A DNA stretch of 54,052 bases from a virus. The stretch lies in the UHGV virus genome UHGV-0210093; one strand, 5' to 3'. Made by a program: the position numbers and the translations under genes. Under the pieces are notes generated by a model, which worked only from the letters and a program-made list of their open reading frames with translations, searched no databases and was not told the origin of the DNA. Of the stretch, positions 37,337 to 46,665 are shown piece by piece (position 1 is the first letter of the stretch; each line of letters starts with the position of its first letter).

Positions 37337-38461
37337 ATGAAAACAGGAGTAAGTAAAGTATACACAGATAGACCGGATTATGCAGACTTTGATTCTCCGG
37401 CGAAATTTGAAGCAATTAAGAGTATTATCGCAAAAAGATTGAGGGAACATCCTAATGCTATTTGTTCCTACTCTGGCGGTGCTGATAGTGACATTATGAT
37501 TGACCTGATTGAAAGGACGAGACGGATATTTGAACTTCCACCAATCAAATATGTGTTTTTCAACACTGGATTGGAGATGAAAGCAACGAAAGACCATGTG
37601 AAATATGTTGCTGAGAAATATGGTGTCGAGATTGAAGAAGTAAGACCGAAAATCAACATCGTGCAATCCACAAGAAAATATGGAATTCCGTTCGTATCAA
37701 AGATTATGTCTGGAGGATTATCTGATTGGCAGAAAAAAGGAGTTCCGCTGTCTATTGCTCAAGAGTATGACCAGGCAGAGGATAAAGAAGCAAAGAGAAA
37801 AGAGCTGAAAGAAAGATATCCGAAGTGTGAGAGCTTAATCAACTTTCTTTGTTGCTGTAATTCTAAAGGAGAACCAAGACCGAACATTCAGCTGGTAATT
37901 AATTCATCAAAATACATGCGTGATTTCATTGAGGAATGCCCACCGGATTTTATGATAAGTGCGAAATGTTGTGACTACTGCAAAAAGCAGATTGCCCATA
38001 AAGTTCAGAAATCATACGACATGGTAATAACTGGAGAGCGAAGAGATGAGGGTGGAATGAGATCAGTTCCTAGAAAAGATAACACAGCATTGTGCTTCAC
38101 CGAGACTGCAAGCGGACAGTATCGTTTAAGACCGCTCTACTATGTATCAGACAAGGATAAGGAATGGTACAAAAACTACTACGGAATCAAGTATTCCGAT
38201 GCTTATGAGGTATACGGACTGACAAGAACAGGATGTTGTGGTTGCCCTATATCATACAAAGCTGTAGATGATTTGGAGAAAATAAGACCTTATGAGCCGA
38301 ATGTCGTTAAAGCAGCATGGAACATTTTCGGTAAAAGCTATGAGTACAGAAAGAAATACAACGAGTATAAGAAGCAAAGGATGGAAGAGGAAAAGTCTGG
38401 TGTAGGACACATTAAAGGACAGATGAGCATTGAAGACTTTCTTGAAAGCGAAATGAATTAA
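37337..38461 (+). CDS. PAPS-reductase-family (PP-loop ATP pyrophosphatase) protein with a Cys-rich C-terminal extension
   Basis: PP-loop motif SYSGGADSD near the N-terminus; C-terminal CCCNSKGE, CCDYC and GCCGCP cysteine clusters. Confidence 0.55.
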   Translation: MKTGVSKVYTDRPDYADFDSPAKFEAIKSIIAKRLREHPNAICSYSGGADSDIMIDLIERTRRIFELPPIKYVFFNTGLEMKATKDHVKYVAEKYGVEIEEVRPKINIVQSTRKYGIPFVSKIMSGGLSDWQKKGVPLSIAQEYDQAEDKEAKRKELKERYPKCESLINFLCCCNSKGEPRPNIQLVINSSKYMRDFIEECPPDFMISAKCCDYCKKQIAHKVQKSYDMVITGERRDEGGMRSVPRKDNTALCFTETASGQYRLRPLYYVSDKDKEWYKNYYGIKYSDAYEVYGLTRTGCCGCPISYKAVDDLEKIRPYEPNVVKAAWNIFGKSYEYRKKYNEYKKQRMEEEKSGVGHIKGQMSIEDFLESEMN

Positions 38462-38502
38462 CGATACACAGGAACAATTGAGATTTGCATAGGTGAGAAA
38501 AA

Positions 38503-38895
38503 ATGAGAATTGAATTAAAAGAGATAGACAAAGACACATTGAAAGTTGGAGATTGGGTCGGGATTGCAAGAGAAGTAAGCTACGGATGGGGTTTATCATT
38601 CCGGCATAAACTGATTTTTCCGGCACAAATTACAAGAATCACTCCAAAGCGAACCAAATTCTTTACGGATAAGTTTGGAGAACATGACAAAAGAGAAGTA
38701 TTTTATGAGTGTGATAGTGAAGCTGCGAGAGAAACTTTTCTTGCTAAGACATTTAGAGATATTCAGGACGGAATATTTGAGTTAACTGAATCGAAAAGAA
38801 AAGATCGCATTGGGAAAATCAGTGATGAAGATCTTCCGGAAGTAGCTAGACACATGAAAGCAATTACAGAGATTTTGAAGAAATACAAGGAGTAG
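38503..38895 (+). CDS. hypothetical protein
   Basis: 130 aa ORF. Confidence 0.3.
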   Translation: MRIELKEIDKDTLKVGDWVGIAREVSYGWGLSFRHKLIFPAQITRITPKRTKFFTDKFGEHDKREVFYECDSEAARETFLAKTFRDIQDGIFELTESKRKDRIGKISDEDLPEVARHMKAITEILKKYKE

Positions 38896-39084
38896 CAATG
38901 TTTGAAGAATTATATAAATTCATATCCAGATTGCATTACGGGATAAAGTTCATGCCGGAAAAGGATTTTGACGAGCTTTTATCTCGGTGCGACTGGGAGC
39001 AAAAGATGTATGCATTGTGCTTTAGATATTTGTAAACGTGGAGAAAAATCATGAAAGCACCTTGACAATTGAATATTGATGGTT

Positions 39085-39097
39085 GGAGTGGTATAAT
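39085..39097 (+). promoter_or_regulatory. extended -10 promoter (TGGTATAAT)
   Basis: A TGn-TATAAT element sits upstream of the 39129 gene block. Confidence 0.3.
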
Positions 39098-39128
39098 TTC
39101 CGTATAAATGTACGGGAGGAAATGCCAT

Positions 39129-39413
39129 ATGAAAGTAATTATTAGCCAAACAGTTTACATTGACGGAGAAAATTTTCCTAGTAGTTGGGAAAAAGGATAC
39201 GATTCAACAGTTATTCCACGAGTAGGAGATATGATAGAAGATCCCATCTGGAAAGATCCGGGGGAGTATGAAGTAAGGAATGTTACTATTAACTATTATG
39301 CAAATGAATGTTATGTGTATGTAGGAAGATATGCTGTTACGATTCCAAATGAAAGAAAAGAAGAATTTGGAAAAATGGCAGGATTACACGGCTGGAAAGC
39401 GAATTGGATGTAA
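39129..39413 (+). CDS. hypothetical protein
   Basis: GGGAGGAAATG RBS. Confidence 0.35.
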   Translation: MKVIISQTVYIDGENFPSSWEKGYDSTVIPRVGDMIEDPIWKDPGEYEVRNVTINYYANECYVYVGRYAVTIPNERKEEFGKMAGLHGWKANWM

Positions 39414-39492
39414 AAAAATAATTTTACCAACCATCAATATTTGGTGGTTGGTATTTTTTTACGATTTTTTAAGGAGAAAGGGACGAATTATA

Positions 39493-40113
39493 ATGTCAAA
39501 ATTTAATATTGAGGTAGAACTTGATTGGGTAGACGAGGAAACCGGATACACAATTGATGAAGAAATTAAAGAACAGGTTGTAAGAGGTGTGAAAGATGCA
39601 CTTCTTAGAAAAGCAACAGATGAAGCAGTACAGAGAGTGGATAAGGCTATTGCAGATAAGATTCTTGAAGCAGAAGAAACAATTCAAGATACTGTAGACA
39701 AATTTGTTAAGAGTGTATCGGAAGAAAAGATTGCAGAGATTGCGATTCCTGTAAAAGAAGATTCTTGGAGTAGCAAAGTAGCATATATACCGTTGTCTGA
39801 ATATGTAGGAAAGCGGTTTGGATTGTTTCTTACAGAGAAGAGATACGATAGGGACGGACGCACTGCAAGTTATTCCAGTGACAAAAACCTATCTGCTGCC
39901 GATCTCATTACGAGAAAATATTTGGAAAAAGAACTTGGTACAAAAGTAGAAAATATGATTGCTACTGCAAAAAGAGAAGTGGAAGAAAGTCTTGTGAAGT
40001 CACTGGAACAGAAATTAAAAGAAAATCTTGCGAAAGAAACGATCGAGAGAATGAATATCCCTGATGTTTTGAAGAGGTTTAGTGAGATGGCACTTGAAGA
40101 TAAAACGGAATAG
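39493..40113 (+). CDS. hypothetical acidic coiled-coil protein
   Basis: TAAGGAGAAAGG RBS. Confidence 0.35.
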   Translation: MSKFNIEVELDWVDEETGYTIDEEIKEQVVRGVKDALLRKATDEAVQRVDKAIADKILEAEETIQDTVDKFVKSVSEEKIAEIAIPVKEDSWSSKVAYIPLSEYVGKRFGLFLTEKRYDRDGRTASYSSDKNLSAADLITRKYLEKELGTKVENMIATAKREVEESLVKSLEQKLKENLAKETIERMNIPDVLKRFSEMALEDKTE

Positions 40114-40136
40114 ATGGATGGGAGAAAAACCGAATT

Positions 40137-40565
40137 ATGAGAAGTTATATGGTTAAATTGCCGAGAGGTATTGAAGTAGATATTTTCGACCTTCCGGAAG
40201 ATTTTGAAGAGCAGATAAAAGAATCTTTCAGAGATTATACAGAGGAAACCGCAAAAGAATATAGGTATTGCGACAAGCTTGGATATATTGATCGTTGTGT
40301 ATGGTATCTGAATAATGGCAAAGATTCTGAAGATGCCGTAAATGAAATGGTCGAGGGACGTATCCTTTATGAGTGGAGAGAAAACGGAGAAATCATACAG
40401 GAAGATGATGTGTACTGTTTTGAATTCATGAGCGAATGCTATGACAGAGGAAATAAAGATGCAAAGCTGTATTCTCACTTCGGCGGTGATGACCATCACA
40501 TTTACGATCAGATTCAAAAAGTGTTGGTAAAAGTAATTACAATTGTAATGAATTATGAGGAATAA
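40137..40565 (+). CDS. hypothetical protein
   Basis: 142 aa ORF. Confidence 0.3.
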   Translation: MRSYMVKLPRGIEVDIFDLPEDFEEQIKESFRDYTEETAKEYRYCDKLGYIDRCVWYLNNGKDSEDAVNEMVEGRILYEWRENGEIIQEDDVYCFEFMSECYDRGNKDAKLYSHFGGDDHHIYDQIQKVLVKVITIVMNYEE

Positions 40566-40568
40566 ATT

Positions 40569-40814
40569 ATGACAGAACAGGAGAAACAAGAAATCATTGC
40601 GGAAGTTAAGGCTTCCGTGATGGATGAGCACAGATGTGTATGTAAACCGATTATACTTAGGAGATATCCTAATTTTTTCAATTACATTCAGTATAAGTGC
40701 ACACAATGTGGAGCAGAGACAGTGACAGATGCAGAGTATCAAAGTGTTAACTATTGTAGCGCATGTGGTTGCAAACTAGATTGGAGCGGTGAAGATGAAA
40801 ATTGTAAAAGGTAA
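40569..40814 (+). CDS. zinc-ribbon protein
   Basis: CTQCG ... CSACGC motif. Confidence 0.3.
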   Translation: MTEQEKQEIIAEVKASVMDEHRCVCKPIILRRYPNFFNYIQYKCTQCGAETVTDAEYQSVNYCSACGCKLDWSGEDENCKR

Positions 40815-41136
40815 AGAACAGGAATATAAAGACTGGTATGAAAAAAACAGTGATCCATACGGTAGAGCGTGTTTTACATATGCTGAAAGATGGGCTGGAA
40901 TGATGGAAGAGAAGATAGAAGCATCAGAAGAAGACGAAATGAAAGTTATTGTTGATAATGCAAAGCAGCTGAGCTATGAAGCGGATAAAGAAGGAATTAC
41001 AGGATTTATGTACGGAGCAGCTGTCAGTATTCTTTCTCAATACTGGGAATACGGAGAATGTCTAAGAAAATGGCACAACAAAGATTATGGATATGACGGT
41101 AACGGCGTTGTAAATCCGGCAGTTATAACTGTTTAG
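40789..41136 (+). CDS. hypothetical protein
   Basis: 115 aa ORF. Confidence 0.3.
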   Translation: MKMKIVKGKEQEYKDWYEKNSDPYGRACFTYAERWAGMMEEKIEASEEDEMKVIVDNAKQLSYEADKEGITGFMYGAAVSILSQYWEYGECLRKWHNKDYGYDGNGVVNPAVITV

Positions 41137-41154
41137 TTGAAAAGGAAAGAAAAG

Positions 41155-41415
41155 ATGAATGGTAAAGACTTTATAAGAGCGCTTGAAGAAGCCAGGCTAA
41201 AAATAGAGCTGTCAAATAAACGTATTTTGTTTATGCATCCGGAAGATATCGCAATACTTGATTTGGACAAGGTGAGCAACGTTATATATCTTGTTGAAGA
41301 AAGAAGATTGGAACATGGGAAAGTAATAGCGATTACAGATGAAGAATTTAAAAGGATTGTATGGGATGCAATCAAAAACAATAAAGTGAAGTATCACAGA
41401 GGAAGAGAAAAATGA
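41155..41415 (+). CDS. hypothetical protein
   Basis: AAAGGAAAGAAAAG then ATG. Confidence 0.3.
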   Translation: MNGKDFIRALEEARLKIELSNKRILFMHPEDIAILDLDKVSNVIYLVEERRLEHGKVIAITDEEFKRIVWDAIKNNKVKYHRGREK

Positions 41416-41717
41416 GAAGGTTTGATATCGGTGACAAAATCAGATGTTACGAATCAGGTGTAAGAGGTATATGTGTGAAATTCTACACACCTACAGCATG
41501 TGAGGAACAGACGATGGTAGAGACAGCAGACGGAAGATTTTACCACGCACCAACAAGGACATGGGAAAAGACGGATACAAATTATTTTGAGAGCCTGTCG
41601 AGAAACATTGGGATATCAGCAATATGTGATTCGATTTATGGTGAATTGCAGAAAAGCGGAAAGCACATGGTCATGGCAAGAAGAAAGAGGGAAATAAAGT
41701 GCGAAAAGAATCACTGA
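41412..41717 (+). CDS. hypothetical protein
   Basis: ATGA overlap with the previous gene. Confidence 0.3.
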   Translation: MRRFDIGDKIRCYESGVRGICVKFYTPTACEEQTMVETADGRFYHAPTRTWEKTDTNYFESLSRNIGISAICDSIYGELQKSGKHMVMARRKREIKCEKNH

Positions 41718-41881
41718 TTCATAAAATCCTGAGGAAGCTCGGTTTTATTAAAGACATTGAAGATGATAGGAAATTGAAAATGGAGATGTGCGAAAGAGCA
41801 ATAAAGGCAAATGTATGTCCTGAGGATTGCGACATTTGCGCATGGGATACGAAAGGTGGAGTTAGTTATGAGAATCATTAG
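41699..41881 (+). CDS. hypothetical small Cys-containing protein
   Basis: GTG start after AGAGGGAAA. Confidence 0.25.
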   Translation: MRKESLIHKILRKLGFIKDIEDDRKLKMEMCERAIKANVCPEDCDICAWDTKGGVSYENH

Positions 41882-42209
41882 TCAGAGCGGATTACTGGAT
41901 GCGCCTTATGAATTGCTTGCAATATCCCCATATTCAAAAAATATGGCAACAATCATTGGAACGTTTCCGGGGAATGACCTCGGCAAAGGAGATAGAGTTT
42001 ATATTTTAGGCGAATATTCCACCGAAGAAAAAGCAATCAAAGCTATGGAAATGTGCAGAGAACAGTATGCACAGAGTGAACTTAACAAAGATATGATTCA
42101 GAAGATGGCTGACACTTTGTCGAAAATATCCGTTTCTGTTATCGATGATGTTAGAAAACAACTTGCCGAAAAGTATTTATTTCAGTTTCCAGCAGATGAT
42201 GAGATTTAG
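41868..42209 (+). CDS. hypothetical protein
   Basis: ATG after an AGGTGGAG RBS. Confidence 0.3.
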   Translation: MRIISQSGLLDAPYELLAISPYSKNMATIIGTFPGNDLGKGDRVYILGEYSTEEKAIKAMEMCREQYAQSELNKDMIQKMADTLSKISVSVIDDVRKQLAEKYLFQFPADDEI

Positions 42210-42223
42210 AGAGCGAGGAAGAA

Positions 42224-42553
42224 ATGAAAGAGCCAAGCGAAAAGAAAGCGATCATCAAAAAGATGATGAAAGAGGGAAAGACATATAAGCAGATTTCGGA
42301 AGAGACTGGAATTTCCTATAGCACTATCAGCATATACGCCGGTCAAATTAGAAGGAAAGAAAGAGAAGCACATAGCTTCAACGGAAACAGACATCTTTGC
42401 ATGACATGTAAATACAGAGCATCTGACGCAAGAAAAGGCTGCGACTATATTTTAATCACTGACCATGAACGGGGTTGTGATCCGTCGGAATGTACAAAGT
42501 ATGAAAAAGGAGTGAGATATCGTGAGATTAAGACCAAAGGTAAAAGCAAGTGA
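42224..42553 (+). CDS. HTH protein (sigma-region-4 / LuxR-like helix)
   Basis: KTYKQISEETGISYSTISIYAGQIRR HTH segment. Confidence 0.35.
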   Translation: MKEPSEKKAIIKKMMKEGKTYKQISEETGISYSTISIYAGQIRRKEREAHSFNGNRHLCMTCKYRASDARKGCDYILITDHERGCDPSECTKYEKGVRYREIKTKGKSK

Positions 42554-42800
42554 GTTTGCGAGATTCGGATTCAAGCCTTGCCGAGGACTTCCAAAAAGCG
42601 CAGAGAGTTACTATCTCTGCGTGAAGAACGGACACAGAGTGATGTTTGTGGACAGTAAGCATTTTACGGAATCTGAATGCCCGATCAAAGATGCAAGGAT
42701 ACACAAGAATCCAAACTGTAAATTCAGTGACAAGCGGACAGCAACCGAGATCGAGTGTGAATTGGTAGTGAATGGCTTGCTGGAAGAGGTGAGAGAATGA
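42522..42800 (+). CDS. hypothetical protein
   Basis: GTG start after AAAGGAGTGAG. Confidence 0.3.
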   Translation: MRLRPKVKASEFARFGFKPCRGLPKSAESYYLCVKNGHRVMFVDSKHFTESECPIKDARIHKNPNCKFSDKRTATEIECELVVNGLLEEVRE

Positions 42801-43213
42801 AGGAAAGATTAACAACCTATCACTGCGGTAAAGCAGTGATTAAGGACAAGAACAAGCTGTCAGAAGCGATGGAGAAGTTAGCGGAGTTTGAGGAAAAAGA
42901 AAAATGTGGAGAATGGCTTGACGCTATCGAACTTGCGAAAATTGCTATTGCGCTGCAGAGTCAGAAGTGGATTCCGGTAACTGAGAGGTTGCCGAAAGAC
43001 GAAAAAATGTGTTTGGTAAACCTGGAAAAAACTGCGGGAATACCGGAAACACTGATGAGCATTGCGAACTATCTAGTATTTCCAGATGGAGGCCATTGGA
43101 ATGATATCAAACATGGTTTTCTTGGGTGGGATAGATACAAGAATGGGAGCGCAGGAACGCTGATGTATAAGGTGGTTGCCTGGATGCCACTTCCGAAACC
43201 GTATAAGGAGTGA
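42797..43213 (+). CDS. DUF551-like protein (paralog of 34781..35224)
   Basis: KWIPVTERLPKDE ... FLGWDRYKNG ... WMPLPKPYKE. Confidence 0.4.
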   Translation: MKERLTTYHCGKAVIKDKNKLSEAMEKLAEFEEKEKCGEWLDAIELAKIAIALQSQKWIPVTERLPKDEKMCLVNLEKTAGIPETLMSIANYLVFPDGGHWNDIKHGFLGWDRYKNGSAGTLMYKVVAWMPLPKPYKE

Positions 43214-43339
43214 GATTGATGAAAGTTCATTTTGGGGAGAAACCTAAATATATTAGATTTGATGGAAATGATATATTTGTAAGTTTTGATTCGATATATT
43301 GGATCTATTACGGAACACTTGACGAGGAGCGTGAAGAAG

Positions 43340-43726
43340 ATGAGACTAATTGATGCGGATGCAGAAATCGCAAGAATTGAAGAGGAGATAATGAAATTGA
43401 CAAAAGCAATAGAGAGATGGCAAGCGAGAAAACTTGAAGGAAGCACAATATATGATATAGATGCAAAAATTCAAGAATTACAAAATAACAGGACTAACTG
43501 TAGAGTTGAAATCCGAACATTAAGGAATTACAAAACAGCGTTTGATGTGGAGAAAGTCATACATGAATTGCAAAATTTGCGTATGGATATTTTTGAAAAA
43601 GTAAGGAAAGGCTATCCGACTGAAACCATAGAAGATTATTTTAATTGTGGCGAAATGGTTGGGAAGAATAACGCATATCGTGATGCCATTGAAATTGTTA
43701 AGCGAGGTGGAAGAGATGAAAAATAA
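43340..43726 (+). CDS. hypothetical coiled-coil protein
   Basis: GAGGAG RBS before the ATG. Confidence 0.3.
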   Translation: MRLIDADAEIARIEEEIMKLTKAIERWQARKLEGSTIYDIDAKIQELQNNRTNCRVEIRTLRNYKTAFDVEKVIHELQNLRMDIFEKVRKGYPTETIEDYFNCGEMVGKNNAYRDAIEIVKRGGRDEK

Positions 43727-44147
43727 AGAGAAGTTTGCAACAGAGATTGTGGAGATTGCTTGCAAAGGACACGATTTTAGGGTTGATAAAAATACGAATG
43801 AAGTTGCGGATTGCTGTGACGCTCCATGTACAGCTTGTTTGTTTTTGGAGATGGGAGACTGTGACAAGGCAAGAAGAGAATGGGCAGAGTCAGAGTACAT
43901 CGAAAAGTCAGTGATAGTGATAAGCAAGAAGGACAGGGTGTTTTTGGAGTATCTTGGTGAAGAATTCAAATACATCGGAAGACATAGAGATGGTACTTTA
44001 TTTGCATATAAAGACGGTCTTACTAATTGGTTTAGTTTAAATTGCCGTTTTGATGTAGACTTTCCAATGGTCAAATGGGAAGGCAATGAAGAGATATGGT
44101 CAATCGAGGATCTGAAAAAGTTGGAGGTGGTTGACAGTTATGAATAG
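43716..44147 (+). CDS. hypothetical protein
   Basis: GAGGTGGAAGAG then ATG. Confidence 0.3.
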   Translation: MKNKEKFATEIVEIACKGHDFRVDKNTNEVADCCDAPCTACLFLEMGDCDKARREWAESEYIEKSVIVISKKDRVFLEYLGEEFKYIGRHRDGTLFAYKDGLTNWFSLNCRFDVDFPMVKWEGNEEIWSIEDLKKLEVVDSYE

Positions 44148-44541
44148 AGAAATGCTTTTCAGAGCGAAACATATTCATGCAACTTCAGGTAATGAGCATC
44201 TCAACGGAACATGGGTACATGGCTATCTTAGTGATAAGGATTATATTTACGATAAAAGTCTCTAGGGTGAATTTCTGATTGATGAAGATACCATTTGCCA
44301 GTATACAGGATTAACCGACAAGGACGGGAAGAAAATCTTTGAGGGAGATATTGTTCAGGCTGGATGGTATAAAGGAGTAGTTGGATACGAAGATGGCTAT
44401 TTCTTGATTAAGTGGAACAATGTTAATTTTCTTAGAAAAGACTTGGGATATTGGGCGAATTTAGATGGTTTCCAAACTATTGGCAATATCTATGACAATC
44501 CTGAACTGTTAGAAGAGGAGAATGTACATGGAACAGATTAA
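44140..44541 (+). pseudogene. YopX-family gene interrupted by an in-frame TAG at 44263-44265
   Basis: Translation gives MNREMLFRAKHIHATSGNEHLNGTWVHGYLSDKDYIYDKSL, then a stop, then GEFLIDEDTICQYTGLTDKDGKKIFEGDIV...TIGNIYDNPELL. Conserved YopX motifs lie on both sides of the stop in one frame. Confidence 0.5.
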
Positions 44542-44710
44542 GCTAGGGCTGAGAATCGCAAGCATTGTGGTTGGTATTATCGGTTATAGTGCGATATGGA
44601 TGTGGCTGATTAATAATCGCAGGAACGAAAAAAGTGAACTTGCGTGGGTATTATGGAAATGCTTTCATGCAGTTGTGATTGCGCTTGCGTTTCTTTGGGT
44701 GTGGTTTTAG
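44522..44710 (+). CDS. small membrane protein
   Basis: Two hydrophobic helices. Confidence 0.3.
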   Translation: MYMEQIKLGLRIASIVVGIIGYSAIWMWLINNRRNEKSELAWVLWKCFHAVVIALAFLWVWF

Positions 44711-44719
44711 GAGAAGATT

Positions 44720-44950
44720 ATGATGGATGATAAAAAAATTAACGTGTGGCATCATGGAGCTTTCGGAAGATACAGACCGAGGAAGAATAATTTCCCGGAA
44801 TGCGCGTGGAGCAACAGAAGACGGAGAAAGAGACATATAGGTGATATTTTAGTTGTCCACGAAGAAAGAGGACAAGTGCTCTGGATGTACACAAGACATT
44901 GTAAGTGGAGAAGATTAGGAATTGGTGAAAAACGGGAAGGAAGAGAATAA
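44720..44950 (+). CDS. hypothetical basic protein
   Basis: 76 aa ORF. Confidence 0.25.
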   Translation: MMDDKKINVWHHGAFGRYRPRKNNFPECAWSNRRRRKRHIGDILVVHEERGQVLWMYTRHCKWRRLGIGEKREGRE

Positions 44951-45369
44951 TGAAAGCAAATGAATATCAGAAATTAGCAATGAGAACAAATGACGGGAAA
45001 ACAACAAAAAGACTGCTTGAATGCATGTTGACATGTGATATGGAATACTTATTATCACAGAATCTTGTGTATGAAGATGAACAGCACTTAGATTTAGGCG
45101 GTATTTTCAATGCATGCCTTGGATTGTCTGGAGAAGTCGGTGAGTTCAATGACATGATTAAGAAGTGGGTTTTCCATGAAAAAGAATTGGATATGGAACA
45201 CGCAAAGAAAGAAATGGGAGATGTGCTTTGGTATGTGGCTATGATGTGCGAATCGTTCGGTTGGAATATGGACGAAATCATGCAGATGAACGTAGATAAG
45301 CTCAAAGCAAGATATCCGGAAGGGTTTAGTGTTGACAGATCATTACATAGAGCGGATGGTGATGTATAG
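44950..45369 (+). CDS. MazG-like nucleotide pyrophosphohydrolase
   Basis: Motifs EVGEFND and ELGDVLWY. Confidence 0.55.
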   Translation: MKANEYQKLAMRTNDGKTTKRLLECMLTCDMEYLLSQNLVYEDEQHLDLGGIFNACLGLSGEVGEFNDMIKKWVFHEKELDMEHAKKEMGDVLWYVAMMCESFGWNMDEIMQMNVDKLKARYPEGFSVDRSLHRADGDV

Positions 45370-45594
45370 ATGAAAGATGCGGTCAGAGATTGGATTGGAG
45401 TGATGAACAGTGAAAAGAAGTACAGAAACAAGAAGATGCCAGGCAGAGATTAAAGCAAATCTGCAAAAGCATTATGGTGGAATGGCAGAAAGACCGGTAG
45501 ACAAGAAAGCGAGCGAAGAGTTTAACCGTCCGGCATATCAGGCAAGGAAGCTGATAAGGACACAAGGTGATTATTTGCAAGAAGATCCGAATGA

Positions 45595-45951
45595 ATGACT
45601 GACAAGAGTTGGGATAGATATAAAAGCATGCGTGGGAGGTGGATACCATTGAGCGTGAGAGAAACATATTTGAGTGATTACGGCATCACTCATGAGCAAG
45701 GGAAGAAGATAATTGACTACTGCCGGAAAGCCACTGGATATGAGCAAGTCCTTCTTCTTCAAAGCTGTCAGAACGTAAAGCCGGAGATAGCAAATTTCCT
45801 CTTCATCAATCTGACAACAGGACTTGGATACGATAATATCTGCAAAAGGGAATACATTCCGATGCAGAGAAAGGATTTCCAGGGATACAGACGAAAAGTG
45901 ATTGAAGAGTACAACAGATTAATGACATTACTGGGAAGACCGATAATCTAG
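45595..45951 (+). CDS. hypothetical protein, possible late-gene regulator (last gene before the terminator and late promoter)
   Basis: The regulator role is suggested by position only. Confidence 0.25.
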   Translation: MTDKSWDRYKSMRGRWIPLSVRETYLSDYGITHEQGKKIIDYCRKATGYEQVLLLQSCQNVKPEIANFLFINLTTGLGYDNICKREYIPMQRKDFQGYRRKVIEEYNRLMTLLGRPII

Positions 45952-46126
45952 GTTTGGCAACCAAATGTCTACCACTTGTCTGCCAAATGACGGACAGACG
46001 GTAGGCATTTGTCCTACCCAGGTTAGGTTAGGTAAGGATATATATAATATATGTTCACCGCAAGGCGTTGAACGAGCGCATTTAGATCAAAATGAGCAAG
46101 AAAGAACTGATGTTACAGATACGGTA

Positions 46127-46164
46127 AGACTAGAAAGGCTACGTGTAAAAGCGTAGTCTTTTTT
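46127..46164 (+). terminator. rho-independent terminator (stem CTACG/CGTAG extended by AGACTA/TAGTCT, then a T6 run)
   Basis: Hairpin followed by TTTTTT. Confidence 0.55.
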
Positions 46165-46186
46165 ATTGAAAAATTCATAAAAGTGG

Positions 46187-46215
46187 TTGACTATTGGTGT
46201 CCAATACGCTATAAT
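46187..46215 (+). promoter_or_regulatory. strong sigma70-like promoter TTGACT-17-TATAAT for the late operon
   Basis: Consensus hexamers 45 nt upstream of the 46260 gene; rightward genes run uninterrupted to the portal. Confidence 0.5.
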
Positions 46216-46259
46216 AAAGACAGTTAAAGAAGAGAAGCAAATTCAAGGAGGTATGGAAA

Positions 46260-46652
46260 ATGACAATCGAAGAAATCAGAAATATCATTGAGAAAGCAGA
46301 ATATGATTACATCGGAATTAGAGCAGACAGCAGAGATTATCAGATTGGTGAAGTAATGGATAATTCACATCAGCTTTTCCAGGATCCTCAGTACGCAGAC
46401 TTTGCCTGCACAGAGTTGTTATATCCATACATCACAGACGGTGTTTACGCTGGATTCTATGACGCTGGAGAACTTGATGGAACATGTGCACTTGAAATAT
46501 CTGAGAGCAACATCAAAGAAATGCTTGAAGCCATAAAATCTTACATTGAAGAAGGGGACAAAATATACTTAATCGGCGGTAATGCAATGGAATATGGAAA
46601 TGACGTTGACGAAATCATTATCAAAGAAGCAGAAGTGATTGCAGTATTGTAA
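46260..46652 (+). CDS. hypothetical acidic protein
   Basis: AAGGAGGT RBS. Confidence 0.35.
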   Translation: MTIEEIRNIIEKAEYDYIGIRADSRDYQIGEVMDNSHQLFQDPQYADFACTELLYPYITDGVYAGFYDAGELDGTCALEISESNIKEMLEAIKSYIEEGDKIYLIGGNAMEYGNDVDEIIIKEAEVIAVL

Positions 46653-46665
46653 TAAAGGAGAAAAA

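Noticed and set aside
44140-44541. Genome-wide TAG reassignment (alternative genetic code) to explain the in-frame TAG in YopX
   Set aside because: TAG clearly terminates other genes: the giant tail gene at 15960-15962, cassette ORFs and small ORFs. No other conserved gene is seen split. A pseudogene or sequencing error is more likely.
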